From Chiloscyllium plagiosum (taxonomy: Eukaryota): DNA of 64,000 bases. Numbering within the stretch: the first letter of the stretch is position 1; each line of letters opens with the position of its first letter. Shown one piece after another: positions 13,158 to 25,899 of the stretch. Location: NCBI RefSeq assembly GCF_004010195.1, contig NC_057728.1, forward strand, positions 41,644,844 to 41,708,843, written 5' to 3'. The position numbers and the translations under genes are program-made. The notes under the pieces are model-generated. The model was not told where the DNA came from and ran no database searches. It saw nothing but the letters and a program-made list of their open reading frames with translations.

Positions 13158-13462
13158 GCACGGTGGCTCAGTGGTTAGCACTGCTGCCTCACAGCATCAG
13201 GATCCCAGGTTCGATTCCAGCCTCGGTCTCAGTGTGGAGTTTGCACATTCTCCCCGTGTCTGCATGGGTTTCCTCCAGTTTCCTCCCACAGTCCAAAAGA
13301 TGTTCAGGGCAGGTAAATTGGCCATGCGAAATTGCCCATAATGTTAGGTGCATTAGTCAGAGGGGAATGGGTCTGGGTGGGTTGCTCTTCGAAGGGTTGG
13401 TGTGGACTGGTTGGGCCTGAAGGGCCTGTTTCTACACTGTAGGGAATCTGGTCTAATCTATC
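13158..13462 (+). mobile_element. HE1-type V-SINE
   Basis: tRNA-like head gcacggtggctcagtggttagcac with B box ggttcgattcc, V domain gtgtggagtttgcacattctccccgtgtctgc, CR1-like tail. Confidence 0.92.
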
Positions 13463-15639
13463 TGGTCTCATAACAGATAAGGTCAAAATTTCACTCAAAT
13501 ACCATGAGGTTGAACATTCAGAGAACCATTCAAAAATCAGGATCATGGCAAATGAATTAAGTGCATTGTTGATTGGGAAAAAAAATTTAAAATATGCATG
13601 CTGCCCTACTTGATGTCTCATGTGGTTTCATTCTAAAATTGTGGATGTTATTTAATATTAAAAACTACCATCAGATTGTTCAAAAAATGTAGAAAATTCA
13701 ATGAATGAAAAGGACAATACTTTGTTAGAAAGGATGATTCTGAAACCAGACAGGGATCCTTATGATGATGCTGTAATCAATGTAACTCAGGATGAATATG
13801 ACAAACTCTGCATTGGATATTGAAGGCGATGAATTTGATGGCACATAAGGCATTCTAATTGTAGTTAAAGGCATGCCTGTAGATTTCATACATTCAATAA
13901 AATGTAAAACATAAATTAAATGAAGTACCAGTGGGAGGTTTATTTTTTCACATTTCAAAATGGCAACCGCCTTCACTAATGGTTGATATTTTATACTTGG
14001 CAGATGAAATCATCCGTATTTTTGGGAGGAATTTTCAAGGTGATAAAGGTCAGTTCATGTACTGCAATCAACAGTAATTATCTGGTCCATGTTAGATGAA
14101 ATATTTAGACAAGCAGCCTGCTGAACAGGCATCTTGTAGTTTGAGCCATAAATCACCCAATTCGAATATTTAAAGGCTCCTTCTAAATCCTGTTCAACTA
14201 AGAATTTGGTTTCAGGTTATCAAGTATACATCCATAATTGGCCTAATACCAAAATACTTTGGTTTCTTGAGTTCTGTGAGATTTCATTTTGAATTGAATG
14301 GAAGTATTTTAGTAAAATTCTGTATTTATTTGAAAGTGTTGATTTAATCAGATTCATTTTATCATTTTTCTTGTTACAATATTCATTTACAGTCTCTCAT
14401 TTAAGCTTGGTTTCTTTATTCTCATGATTCACATACAACATAGATACTGCAAAATAGTGAAATTATAACAGTGGGATTGAGTAAACAGTCACTGTGGGAT
14501 GAATTCTTCCCACTTCTTAGTTAAGTGAGAGCAGCACAGTGAGAGGATCAGGTCTGATTTCCACCTCTTCTTACCACACCCTATTCCTGGAACAAGCCAT
14601 CACTCACTAGAGATCCTAGAATTGACCAGAATTCCTGGCGCCAGTGAGATATTTAAACACCACATCCATACAAGGGGAGTCAGTCTGGAGCTGCCCTGCA
14701 TGGCTCTGACATTTGCCCCAGATATAGCAAAGAGAGGAAAATAAGCACCCCACTTTGTGGGCTGGGTCCTGCAGCTCCTACTAGAGGTAGTGAGGATAAG
14801 TGAGACTCTCTTCTTCCAGGACCAGCAGTAGAAGCTTTGACTCCAGGTCATCCCAGCCTAGTTTGAGGTTGCCACCCAGGTTAGAATAGTTGGTAGGTAG
14901 AAAGCCAATGTTCTTCTCCACTCTGCCAGTGCAAGTATCACTACCTAATCTCTGATTCCTCACAATGTCTCTCTGCTACTGCATTTCACTAAAGGTTCAT
15001 GTTCAATCTTTCTCATTAATACATGCTACATCTTCCCACTCACCCTCACGAAACTGTGACATTGCGTAGTCTGCATGCAACCTATTGACTTGCTTGGAAA
15101 ACCATCCCACCAACATCAACACTAATAACAGTGCCACCTACGTGCATCTTCTGTAATATTTGGTTTCCATCTCAAGGCTTCCCGATGGCTTGCTTGGATG
15201 GCATCTTTGATAAAGTTGCAACCATAGGGTGATGCACAGTTAGGAAAGCACTTAGCAAGTAATAATGAGCATCAGTTGGGACAGCTGCTCCCTAGCAAAA
15301 TCTTGTCATGCTGCTTGGAAAAAAATAGAAGTACAAGAAGTGGTGAGATGATCTCAATGGCAAAATGGGTTTTACTACCAGTGCTCCTACCACTCATTTA
15401 ACCACACCCTTTTCACTCAGAACCTGATAAGATTATACCTGATTCCTTTTGCAGCTATTCCTATTCTGTCTGGTACAGTCACACACAAAGACTACTCTCC
15501 AAAATCATCATGTCCGTGTATACAAGGCACTTCCCTAAATCTTGCTATGTTAAAGAACAACTGATATTCTTTGAAAAAAATGATATTGTTTAAAGCAATA
15601 TGAAATGCACTGCTACCAATGTTTCTCATTGGTAATAAA

Positions 15640-15822
15640 CAGAGAAACAGTTAACATTTTGAGTTGGTATAGTCCTTCTTCAGAACTCTTCGGTACTGAA
15701 GGGGAGTCATATTGGACTCTGAACATTAGCTCTGTTTCTCTCTCCACAGCTGCCAGACCTGCTGAGTTTCTCCAGCATTCTTTGTGATTGTTTCAGATTT
15801 CCAGCATCTGTTATATTTTGCC
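15640..15822. mobile_element. Fold-back Penelope-like terminal-repeat fragment
   Basis: Inverted halves around cttcagaactcttcggtactgaag; ends ttccagcatctg. Confidence 0.65.
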
Positions 15823-16779
15823 TGTGTTATAATAGTGTTTTTTTTTAATGCAGTCTTTACAACAGGTGCTTTAGGAATATAACAGTAGCTTTCTAATGAA
15901 GGGATATAACTAATAAGAGGTTTGAAAAGAAATTTCAATACCTCTCATATACCATGATAATATCCTTGCATTATCCCTTCTGTCTCTACAGTATGCATTT
16001 TACTGACTTTGTTCCAGCTCTGGACTCTCATAGGGCAGCCCAAGCTCTGCTGCCATCCTGTTGACCATTGAGTTATCTATGGAACTCTGCTCTTCATTGC
16101 AATCTTCTCTCCCTGTTAATCCAGCAATACATTTTGGGCTAGTTATTTTGTGCCAGATCCCTCATCCTGCTTGACAGTGCATTGTTCCCAGTCAAACACC
16201 CTCATCTTTAATTCATTATCTTTTTCTGTTTTTATATGGAATACAAATATGTTGTGGTCACTATTTCCCAAATGTTCTCTGACTCTCATCAGTTATTTGC
16301 ATCTTGCCAGAATTAAAATCAAGCATTTTTTTTTCTCTGGTTAGAATGGCAAAACACCAATTTAGAAAGCAGAATGAATTTTTCAAAGCATTTGACATTA
16401 TGATCACATGTATTACCTTTGATCTGGTCTATTTTAGGATAGTTGAAAGCATTTTAAATCATGTTTGTTATTCCTAAATTCTGCCCATATGGATTCTATC
16501 TCAACACAACCCCTTAGGACATTCTTATGTTCAAAACACACAGTGATAGATTCCTTGACCAACTTCTCCCCTCACCCAAACCTCCAAGATTTTTTTTCTA
16601 TTTCCTCCGAGAATGAGGGACTGGTAATATTAAGCTGCATATCCTGTGCAAATTAGTTGCTGCGCTGCATCGCTCCATAGTTAATCAAGCACCTAGCTTC
16701 CCAATCTTGTTTTGACTGCTTTGTGCATAGATATTACACAATCCTGACTGCAACTTTCTGAAATGTTGACTCATTGTTT

Positions 16780-17530
16780 TTCTCCTTTACTTCCTGTACA
16801 AGTATTCACTTTGTTCCAAGTGGAAAAGCAGAACATTTTTAAAAGATGTGAAAATATTGGTATTTATAGAGTTTTGAGCCTACTCATTCAAGGAACCCCA
16901 AAAAGTTAGCTTTCAGGGTACATCAAGCAATTGGGAAAATAAATGGAATATTGGCCTTTGTTGTAAGGGGATTGCAATAAAGAAGTCTTACTATAAATGT
17001 ACAATAGGGCTATGGTGAGACTGCACCTGAAAAATGGTGTGCAATTGCTTCTCCATATTTAAAGAAGAATATGAAGATGATGCATTGGTGACAGTATAAC
17101 AATCGGACTGGATGTATCTGAGGGTCATCTTATGATGAGAGGTCAAGTAAAATGGGTTTGTATTCTGTGGAATTTAGAAGTACGTCAAAAAGTTCAAGAT
17201 CGTGAAGGGACTTAACAGTATAGAACCCAACAGATAGCTTCCCCTGGCTCAGGATTCTAGAAAAGAGCACAGTTTCACAGAATAGGGGCTGATTTGGGAC
17301 TGAGATAAAGATAATTCATTTTCAAAGGGTTGTGAATCTTTAGAATATTTGAACCCAGAGGGTTGTGAATGCTCCATCACTGAAGGCATTTAAGGCTGAG
17401 ACAAACAGATTATTAGTCTCTCAGAAAATCAAGGGAGCAGGAGGGAAGTGGACCAAGAGCTCCATTAGAAAAGTAGACAATCACATTGAATGTCAGAGCA
17501 GCTTCAATGGGCCTTTTGGTCTACTCCTAA
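16780..17530 (+). mobile_element. Old CR1 LINE 3' fragment
   Basis: Diverged CR1 3' motifs (ggtgagactgcacctg, agggttgtgaatcttt, ctactcct). Confidence 0.65.
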
Positions 17531-18959
17531 TTATGTCCTTCAAAGCCACTTTCATCCCCGTTTTCCTCAGATGGAATTTCAACACTACCTGTTTCAATTT
17601 AGAAACAAAGTTAGAATAGTGCACACACACACACACCCTGCCATTATCCTCTGTAAGGATGCTGGTATATTTCCGTTCAGGTGAAAATTGTTCCTTGATC
17701 CAGAACAGAATTCAATACCACAGCATGGGCTCTTCCCTTCTGCACCAACCATTCAGTTATGGGTTGGCCCTCCAAATTTTTTAACTGTCAACCTGTCCAA
17801 CATGTACCTCGTGAAGGAATTTAGAGTTTACTCTTCTTAAGGCTGTGATTTTCAGTCAAATGCCAAACTGCTTAAGAACTCTTAGTGTTTTGAATATTTT
17901 TGGATCTCCCCATTTCAGAAGGTCTTTCATTGTTCCTGAATATCCTTCACCTAGTAAACACACAAATCGGGATGTACAGTCATGACTGAAGGAAAAAGCA
18001 CAATATTCTTCCCAAATCTCCCATTGCGGATACTTTCCTATTGCTCCAATCTAATTGCTTTTTACTCCCCAGTGTAATTCTTTGTTCCACTACAATGCCT
18101 GTTTCTGTGTAACTGCCATTGTCCATGTCACATTTGTCCAATACTAATACTGTTCAATAGCTACAATTGTAACTAAAGAGTTCACTACAGACAGGAGTTT
18201 GGTCTCCTTGCACTACCCTGTGGATTGCTGTCCATTCCTTGTCTTCTATAGCATCATGTGACCTGAAGTGTTGAATGCTATCAATTAAATGACCACAATC
18301 TCCAGATCCAGAAACGTATCATCACGGCCAACTGATCCAGAGTGCAGCAAAATCGTCCTCATGTACAAAGACAATTTGTTTCGAAGAGTCAGTTTTCACA
18401 TACAACATATGCACTAACAATGCAATTGCATGGAGGCTCAGAGCTGGCTTACACTGTGACCCACAATACTCACTCCACCTCCCCCAGCCTTCGTGCCAAA
18501 TTCAGAAACAATGTTAGCACAGCGCCAGCTTAAATTGCAAATAACCTGAACAATCAAAACCTGCTTCCTCTCAATTTTAGTGAGGGAAGAAAATCTTCTG
18601 CCCGACTGCACCTGAAGGCTAATCTTTACCCTTTCATACTTTGTTGGCCTCCCACAGTTTGAGACCGATCTCTCACTGCTCAGCTCAAATTTGTACAGTT
18701 TTCAACTTGCACAATAGGTCAACTGCCAGAGGAAAAAAAACTGCTAATCACACCTCTTTTGTGACCAATTAATTACCTATTACCAGCTCAATCTAGCTCT
18801 CAATTAAATCAAGTCAACATATCCAAATGACAGCTTCCTGGTTCAATCCTCAACATACAGCTGAGGGGTTATAGCAACAATAACAGGCATTTAGATTGGC
18901 ATAAGCAATGTTAAGAAAATCCTAAAAGTGCTAAACACATCCCATACACCCAGATCTCC

Positions 18960-19410
18960 AACCTGAATCAGGCTGTATTCTGACTGGTTTTGTTACATCA
19001 TACCGATTCCTGGGGTGACATATGAGAAGAGGTTGAATCGTTTAGCATTAGATTCATTGGAGTTCAGAAGGATCTCATAGAAACCCACAAAATTCCACTT
19101 GGACTAGGCAGGGTTAGTACAGGAAGGATGTCTCCAATGGCAGATTCAGAACCAGGGACTGAAGATGTAAGGGATAAATCATTTAGTACTGGAAGGAGGA
19201 GAAATTTCTTTATCCAGAGAATGGTGAGCCTATGGAATTCACTACCACAGAAACCAGTTGAGGCTGAAACATTGTATGATTTCAAGGAGTTGGACATACT
19301 TAATGGAGCACAAAGGAAAAGCAGGAACAGGTCACTAAGATGGATAATCAGCCATGATCATAATGAATGACAGAATGAAGGACCAAATGATCTACTCCTG
19401 CTATCTTCTG
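18960..19410 (+). mobile_element. CR1 LINE 3' end
   Basis: ORF RRNFFIQRMVSLWNSLP; tail atcagccatgatcataatgaatg...ctactcctgct. Confidence 0.8.
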
Positions 19411-19459
19411 TTCCATTAACAGCTGCACCCAAAACTAAGCTAGTCCAGTACGTTATAAA

Positions 19460-19753
19460 GCACACATGGTTAGCACTGCTGCCTCACAGCACCAGGGATC
19501 CAGGTTTGATTCCCACCTCGGGCGACAGTCTGTGTGGAGTTTGCACATTCTCCCAGTGTCTGCTTGGGTTTCCTCCGTGTGCTCCGGTTTCCTCCCACAT
19601 TCCAAAGATGTGCAGGTCAGGCGAATTGGCCATGCTAAATTGCCCATAGTGTTAGGTGCATTAACCTGGAGTAAATAAAGGGTAGGGAATGGATCCGAGT
19701 GGATTACTCTTCAGAGGGTCGGTTTCCATATTTCAGTAACCTAATCTAATCTA
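19460..19753 (+). mobile_element. HE1-type V-SINE
   Basis: ggttagcactgctgcctcacagc head, V domain, (ctaat)n tail. Confidence 0.9.
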
Positions 19754-19754
19754 C

Positions 19755-21170
19755 CCAACATTGTTAAAAATTGTTCAGGTTTGTCCTATACACAAAAAGC
19801 AGGACAAATCGAACCCCGCTAATTACTGCCACGGTCTTATTTTGATGATCACCAGAACGGTGGTATCAAGCTGCACTGGCAAAGGAATGATCTGCTCACT
19901 GACGCTCAGTTTGGGTTCCGCCAGGGGCACTTGGCTCCTGACCTCACTGCTGCCTTGGACAAAACATGGATAAAGAGCTGAACACCAGAAGTGTGGTGAG
20001 AGTGACAACACTTGGCATCAGGGCAGCATTGAACAGAGTTTGATGTCAAGGAGCCCAAGCAAAACTGGACTCATTGGGAATTGGGGGGAAATTCTCTGTT
20101 AGTTGGAGTCTAACCTAGTGCAAAGGAAGACGGTTATGGCTGTTGGTGGTCAAACAGCTCAGGGTCCAGGACATAATGCTAGAAATACCATCGGCCCAAC
20201 CATCTTCAGCTGCTTCAATAACCGTCCTTCTATAATAAATTCAGGGAATGTTTACTGATGATTACACAATATTCAGCATGATTTGTGACTTCTCAGATTG
20301 AGGTAGTCCATGTCCATATGTTAAAAACCAGACAATATCCAGGCTTGTGCCGATCAGTAATATTTGCCACACACAGACCAAACAACAACCATCTCCAATA
20401 GGATAGAATCCTTGCTGTTGTGTGCAGTGATAGTGTCATTGGCTGTGAGCCAGGAGGCCTGGGTTCAAATCCCACCTACTTCACAGGTGTCTAAGAACAT
20501 CCCTGAACAGATTGACTTAGAAAATATCTTTAATTGCTGAATGTCCCTGCTTCAACAACTGGGAGGTAACCATTGACCTGCAACTGCTACATGAATACTG
20601 TGGATACAAGAGCAGGTCAGAAGTTAGGAATTCTACAGAAAGTAGCTCACCTCCTGTTTCCCTAATGCCTGGCCACTACCCTCAAGGCTCAAGTCAAGAA
20701 TGTGATGGCATCCTCTCCACTTGCCTGGATGAGCATAGCTCCAATGGCCAACACTGTTAAGGACAAAGCGGTATGCTTGACTGGCATCCCATTTACCATC
20801 TGAAACATTCACTCCCTTCACCACCAGTGTAGTCACTGCAGTATGAAACCATCTACTCAATGCACTGCAGTAATTCACCCAAGCTCCTTCCAAACCTGCA
20901 ACCTTTATCACGTAGAGGAACAGCAACAGATACATGTGAATACCATCATTCGCAAGTTCCCCTCTAAGACACATACTTTTCTGACTTGGAATTATACCAG
21001 AGTTAAAATCATGGAACTTATTTTCTAAAATGCAACACCTTGTAGCCCAAGGACTGTGGCAACTTGAGATGGCAGCTCTTCATTACCTTCTTCAGAGTAA
21101 TTGTGGGATGGGGGTGATAAATGCTGACCTAGCCTTTGCCTAAATGCTTATCGCCCATGAACAAATAAAA
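19755..21170 (+). mobile_element. LINE-B RT region and 3' end, decayed
   Basis: VCPIHKKQDKSNPANY, tcagtttgggttccgccagggg (QFGFRQG), tttactgatgattacac. A short tRNA-derived SINE is nested at about 20420-20530. Confidence 0.8.
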
Positions 21171-21339
21171 ACACTCTCCCCTTTGGTTTTTGTTTAAACC
21201 TAGCGATTGAACCCTCAAAATTTCTGCAAGCACAATAAAAATGCATGAGTTAGGAGTATTCATCATTGTTGCTTGGACCAAGGCTATAATGAGATTTGGA
21301 GTTGCATGGCCCTGGTGAAATTCAAATTGGGCCAGTGCC

Positions 21340-21386
21340 GCTTGATAGGCTTTTGATTATGCCTCATAATCAAAAGCCTATCAAGC
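21340..21386. repeat. Perfect 22-bp-stem hairpin with a 3-nt loop
   Basis: gcttgataggcttttgattatg-cct-cataatcaaaagcctatcaagc. Confidence 0.95.
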
Positions 21387-21589
21387 TTTGGCTTCTCATT
21401 CAGTGAGATCAAATTTGATGGGCCTGTACTTGGACAGATTGCAGTTTTCCCTTTTGTGGACAGGAATTACCTGGGAAATGTTCCAAATGCCACGGTGGCT
21501 ATATTGGAATAGCTCGGCTCTTGACTGTAATTTAGGAATCGCGACAACCTATTTGCAAGCTCCTGTAAACTGCAAGGTGATCATAAGAC

Positions 21590-23457
21590 CAGAAGACATA
21601 GTAGCAGAATAGGCTGTTCAATCCATCAATTCTCTTCACCGTTCGATCATGGCTGATGTGTTTTGCAACCCCATTCTCCTGCTTTCTCCCTGTAACCATT
21701 GATCCCCTTACTAATCAAGAACTTAGTCTTAAATATACTCAATAACTCTTCAGCCTTCTGCATCAACGAATTCCAGATTCACTACCTTCTGGCTGCAGAA
21801 ATTCATCTTTATCTCGGCTCTAAAGGGTTGTTACATTGCTCGGAGGCTGTCCCCTCAGGTCACAATCTCTCTCTCAAGTGAAAACATCTTCCCCACAGTC
21901 ATTCTATTCTGTAAATGTCAATGATACCCTCATCACGCTTCTCATTTCCATTGAGTACAGTCCCAGGGCTCGCAACCGCTCCCCACATGATGACCCCTTT
22001 ATTACTGGGATCATCCTGTTGACCCCCTCCAATGCCAGCCCATCCTTCCTTGGATGCAAAGCCTCAAAACTATTCACAATATTCCAAATACAGTCAGACT
22101 AGAGCTTTATAAAGCCTCAGCTACTCATCTCTGTTCTTGTGTTCTAGCTCTCTCAAATAGAACGACAACATTGCAGTTGCCTTGCTAAATGCCAACTGAA
22201 CCTACATATTAACCTTAAGAGAATTCTGAACTACGGCTGCCACATCCCTTTGTGCTTCAGATTTCTAAAGTCTTTCCCGGTTTAGAAAATTGTCTATGCC
22301 TCTATTCTTCCATCCAAACTGCATAATCTCACACTTTCCCACATTGTATTCTGTCTGCCACTTCTTTACCCACTCGCCTAGCATTCCAAGTCCTTCTGCA
22401 GCCTCTCTGCCTCCTCAATACAACCTGCCCCTCATCTATCTTTGTCATCTGCAAACTTTGTAACATTGCCCTTTGTTCCTTCCTCCAGATTTTTAACGTT
22501 TAACATGATTAGTTGCGGTCCCAACACTGACCCCTGTGGAACTCCACAAGTCATGGACTACAGTGCTAAAAAAGACCCAATGTCTGCCTTTTGCCAGTCA
22601 GCCAATCCACTATCCATGCCAATATCTTGCCCCTAATAGCGTGATGTCTTAATTATTTGCAGCTTTCAGTGTAGCACTTTGCCAAAGGCTTTTGGAAATC
22701 CAATAGTTCACATCCACTGGCGCTCCTTTTTCTAACTTGTTATCTCCTCAAAGAATTCTAATAGAATTGTCAGGTATGACCTGCCCTCAACAAAGCCATG
22801 CTGTCTCAGCTCTATATTATCATGCACTTCCAAGTACGCCATAATCTCATGCTCAAATAGTGGACTGTAAAATCTTACCAACAATAGAGGTCAGGCTAAC
22901 CGGTCTATAGTTTCCAGTCTTCTGCATTCCTCCCTTCTTAAAGAGTAATACATTTGCCATTTTCCAGAACTCTGCAACCCTCCCTAACTCCAGTAACTCC
23001 TGAAATATCACCACTAGTGTCTCCACAATTTCCTCAGCTATTCCCCTCACAGCCCTGGGGTATACTCCATCCAGTTTGGATGATTTATCTACCTTCAGAC
23101 CTTTTAGCTTCCCCAGCACCTTCTCCTTAGGTGATGATCACTACACAGCTCTGCCCATTGACTGTCCTGAAGTTCTGGTAAATTATTGGAGTCTTCCATG
23201 AAGAAGATTGATGCAAAGTACCTATCCTGATCCTCCACAATTTCTTTGTACCCCATGTCAATTGTACCCCATTACTATTGCTTCAGGCTCACTCTCTTAA
23301 CTTCTATATAATCTTAAAAATAACTCTTGCAATCTTCTTTTATATTATCAGCTAAACTACTCTCATGTTTCATTTCCCCCCAATATTGCTTTTTGAGTTG
23401 TCATCTGTTGGTTTTTAAAGGCTCCCTAATCCTCTTGTTTCCCACTAACCTTCACCA
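21590..23457 (-). mobile_element. CR1 LINE fragment (RT region plus 3' end)
   Basis: ORF 22853-23119 [43 protein letters not shown] on the minus strand near 22520; 3' tail near 21590. Confidence 0.9.
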
Positions 23458-24357
23458 TGTCATCAGGTTAATAACAATGGTGCATTGAGCAACTGCTCGT
23501 CAGGGATGCTGAATAGGTTATGTCATTTAAAACAGCAAAAGACATCATAAGTTATGAAGCAGAATTATAGCAACCAGTGACCTCTGTGGTATGTAAACCT
23601 TGAAAACCCAAAGCAGACCAACTGGCAGGCAGAGTTACCTCATTGTATCAATGCAGCACAAGCAGTCCTTAAAAAGGTGAACTCTTCTAAAGGTAACAAT
23701 CGCATACAAAATTCCTGTCTTTTTCAAAATCAAGTGTAACCTCAGAGGGTTTGATAATATCCAAGCAATTTGCTGATACATCCAGATTCCATGATGGTGA
23801 TTTGTCAGGAGGTGCAGTTATCATTAATATTGCCTTTTATTCATGCTGGCGTGGTCAAGTGTTCCTTTCATAGAATGATGTTGCTGTATGCTTATGCTGA
23901 CACTCTATAAACTAGGTTTTGCTCCAGGTTAGACTTTAATTCTTCAAAGTTATGTTGAGTGGTTTGAATTTTTTTTTGTTTTGTTCCAGGAGCACTTCAA
24001 ACTCATTTTGAAGTTTCTCGTTTTACACACCAGATTCGTAAAATTCAACCAAAGATCTAGCCTTCTGTTGGTTCAGCATCTTTTTCATATCTGCTCTACT
24101 GACTGTCCGGCCACTTAACTTTTCTTTTCCTCATTTTCTTTAAAGCCAGGACCTCTTCCACATGCTGTTTCAGTGGTTGTTTGGTTTCTTTTAAGTCCTG
24201 CTTAAATTCTCCCACTGGATCATTGCTGGCATTAATTTCTGTAAGGACCGTTACCTCCAAAGTTCCCTCTAAGCACACATGCGCAGCCACGCCAAGGTTC
24301 TGCCCATAACAATCAAGCATTGAAATGCGATTGCGGCATTGACACCCAGTTTAGGAA

Positions 24358-24733
24358 AAACTGAGGACTGCAGATGCTGGAGATCAGAGCTGAAATATGT
24401 GTTGCTGGAAAGCACAGCAGGTCAGGCAGCATCCAAGGAGCAGGAGAATCGACATTTCGGGCATAAGCCCTTCTTCAGGAATGAGGAGGGTGTGCCAAGC
24501 AGGCTAAGATAAAAGGTAGGGAGGAGGGACTTGGGGGAGGGGCGTTGGGACTGCGATAGGTGGAAGGAGGTTAAGGTGAGGGTGATAGGCCGGAGAGGGG
24601 TGGTCCTTTTATCTTAGCCTGCTTGGCACACCCTCCTCATTCCTGAAGAAGGGCTTATGCCCGAAATGTCGATTCGCCTGTTCCTTGGATACTGCCTGAC
24701 CTGCTGTGCTTTTCCAGCAATACATTTTTCAAT
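24358..24733. mobile_element. Fold-back Penelope terminal-repeat insertion with a 12-bp TSD
   Basis: TSD ccagtttaggaa at 24346-24357 and 24734-24745; long inverted arms. Confidence 0.88.
24643..24670 (+). ncRNA. Minimal hammerhead ribozyme motif (identical inverted copy at about 24451-24478)
   Basis: CTGAAGA-A-GGGC-TTAT-GCCC-GAAA-TGTC: perfect 4-bp stem II and intact CUGANGA and GAAA boxes. Confidence 0.65.
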
Positions 24734-25211
24734 CCAGTTTAGGAAGCCTTACAAAGCCCGAATGAAAATTAGAGGGAACGCTGACTGACTATCTCATGAA
24801 TGACTTGCAGTTCCTTTATTGCCTGTGCTGTGCACCTTAACATGTTTCTGCAGGTCCACCATTTTGTCCAGCGTTTCTTTGAACTCAATGTTCTTCACCT
24901 GTTCCTGCTGAAGTTCTGTTTTATGTATAAGTAGCTCCAGCTTCCTGTTAAATGGCAACCTTTTCATTGGATTGGTGATACACATCATGTCTGCCAACCA
25001 ACTACCTTTCTTTCTCTTTCAGCTCTTGATACATCTTTATAAGCTATACAGATGTATCACTAAGATTTTGCCATCTCAAAGATGATATTCTCCAAGTTTG
25101 GATTTATCCTGAAGTAGTTGCTTAGCTTGTCCCTCTATTTTTTGTTTTTCTCTCCATAGCAGAGAACTCAGGTTTTACCTCCACTGATTCCGAAGAAAGT
25201 TCTTTGTTTAT

Positions 25212-25636
25212 AGTGAATTTTGAGAAGATTTGTAGCTCAGGTTGAGGTTCTGGATAGAAGTTTGCTTGTGGAGCAGGAAGGTTCGTTTTCAGATGTTTTG
25301 TCACCATGCTAGGTTAGCGTCATCAGTAAGCCTCCGGTGAAGCACTGGTAGTATATCTTGGTTATCAGAAATACGCACAAGAATTCCTAAAAGCATGGCA
25401 TTCCAACCAGAACTCTATCAACAAACACACACTGATCCCATTAACAACCGCCAGAAAGAGACCAAAAAAAATGACATCACCACAGGAAATGACTTCACCA
25501 ACGCAAGGAAACCTAAACACAAATAAAAAGCGGGCTATACCACTAGTGCTTCATCAGAGGCTCACAGATATTACCTAGCATGGTGATGAAACGTCTGAAA
25601 ACAAACCTTCCAGCTCAGCGAGCAAACTTACATCCT
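25212..25636. mobile_element. Penelope-like element (second family) with inverted ends
   Basis: caagaattcctaaaagcatggcattcc (EFL.AWHS-type GIY-YIG tail). Degenerate TSD gttctttgtttat / gttcttcgttcat. Homologous to 51317-51936. Confidence 0.8.
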
Positions 25637-25899
25637 GTTCTTCGTTCATGTTCAGTTCCATTTCCAAAAACGTGTACTGCAATTTCTGTTGTGTTTTGGA
25701 TGTTTGACTGATTTCATTGATAATGACTTCTTCAAGGTCATGGTATTCTGGAATTCCTGCATTTACTCATCCAACAATGTCAATGTCCACATCCGTAATG
25801 TCCAGGCAGACTGATTGTACTTACACTCCAGCATTCATGATTCTGCTCATGAAATAGGTGGATTACTGTACGCAGAAAGCTTCTAAATACTTAGGTTTC

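Larger units (their letters stand above)
11575..13760 (+). pseudogene. Decayed POGK-like pogo transposase (segments 11575-11824, about 12581-13157, about 13463-13760)
   Basis: KRIKYEAGYKLKVVTFANSSNNCVAAKEFGVSEKLVQEWK (BrkDBD-like), then QKTKIAQGLSNDASDKITNF, RTTEHEKTELT, CMANRLKFKPLII, GIFVYVHGK, GLLTCDIFRS and AALLDVSCGFILKLW...IRLFKKC. Many stops and frameshifts. Confidence 0.8.
11230..14076 (+). mobile_element. Fossil pogo (Tc1/mariner superfamily) DNA transposon related to POGK; ends approximate
   Basis: Brinker-type DNA-binding domain, CENP-B-like HTH and DDE-domain remnants occur in colinear order across three interruptions. Confidence 0.8.
24258..24783. mobile_element. Non-autonomous DNA transposon (MITE, hAT-like) with 15-bp TIRs
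   Basis: caaagttccctctaa (24258-24272) and ttagagggaacgctg (24769-24783) are inverted matches at 13 of 15 positions. Confidence 0.65.
23800..25890 (-). pseudogene. Decayed long coiled-coil ORF inside the LTR element
   Basis: E/K/Q/L-rich pieces (HDLEEVIINEISQTSKTQQKLQ, IHKTELQQEQVKNIEFKETLDKMVDLQK, EFKQDLKETKQPLKQHVEEVLALKK, NEKLQNEFEVLLEQNKKK) that rejoin across two nested insertions. Confidence 0.55.

Noticed and set aside
13158..13230. tRNA-like A and B boxes here and at 19460, 20420, 37425 and 60867
   Set aside because: These are SINE heads followed by SINE bodies, not tRNA genes.
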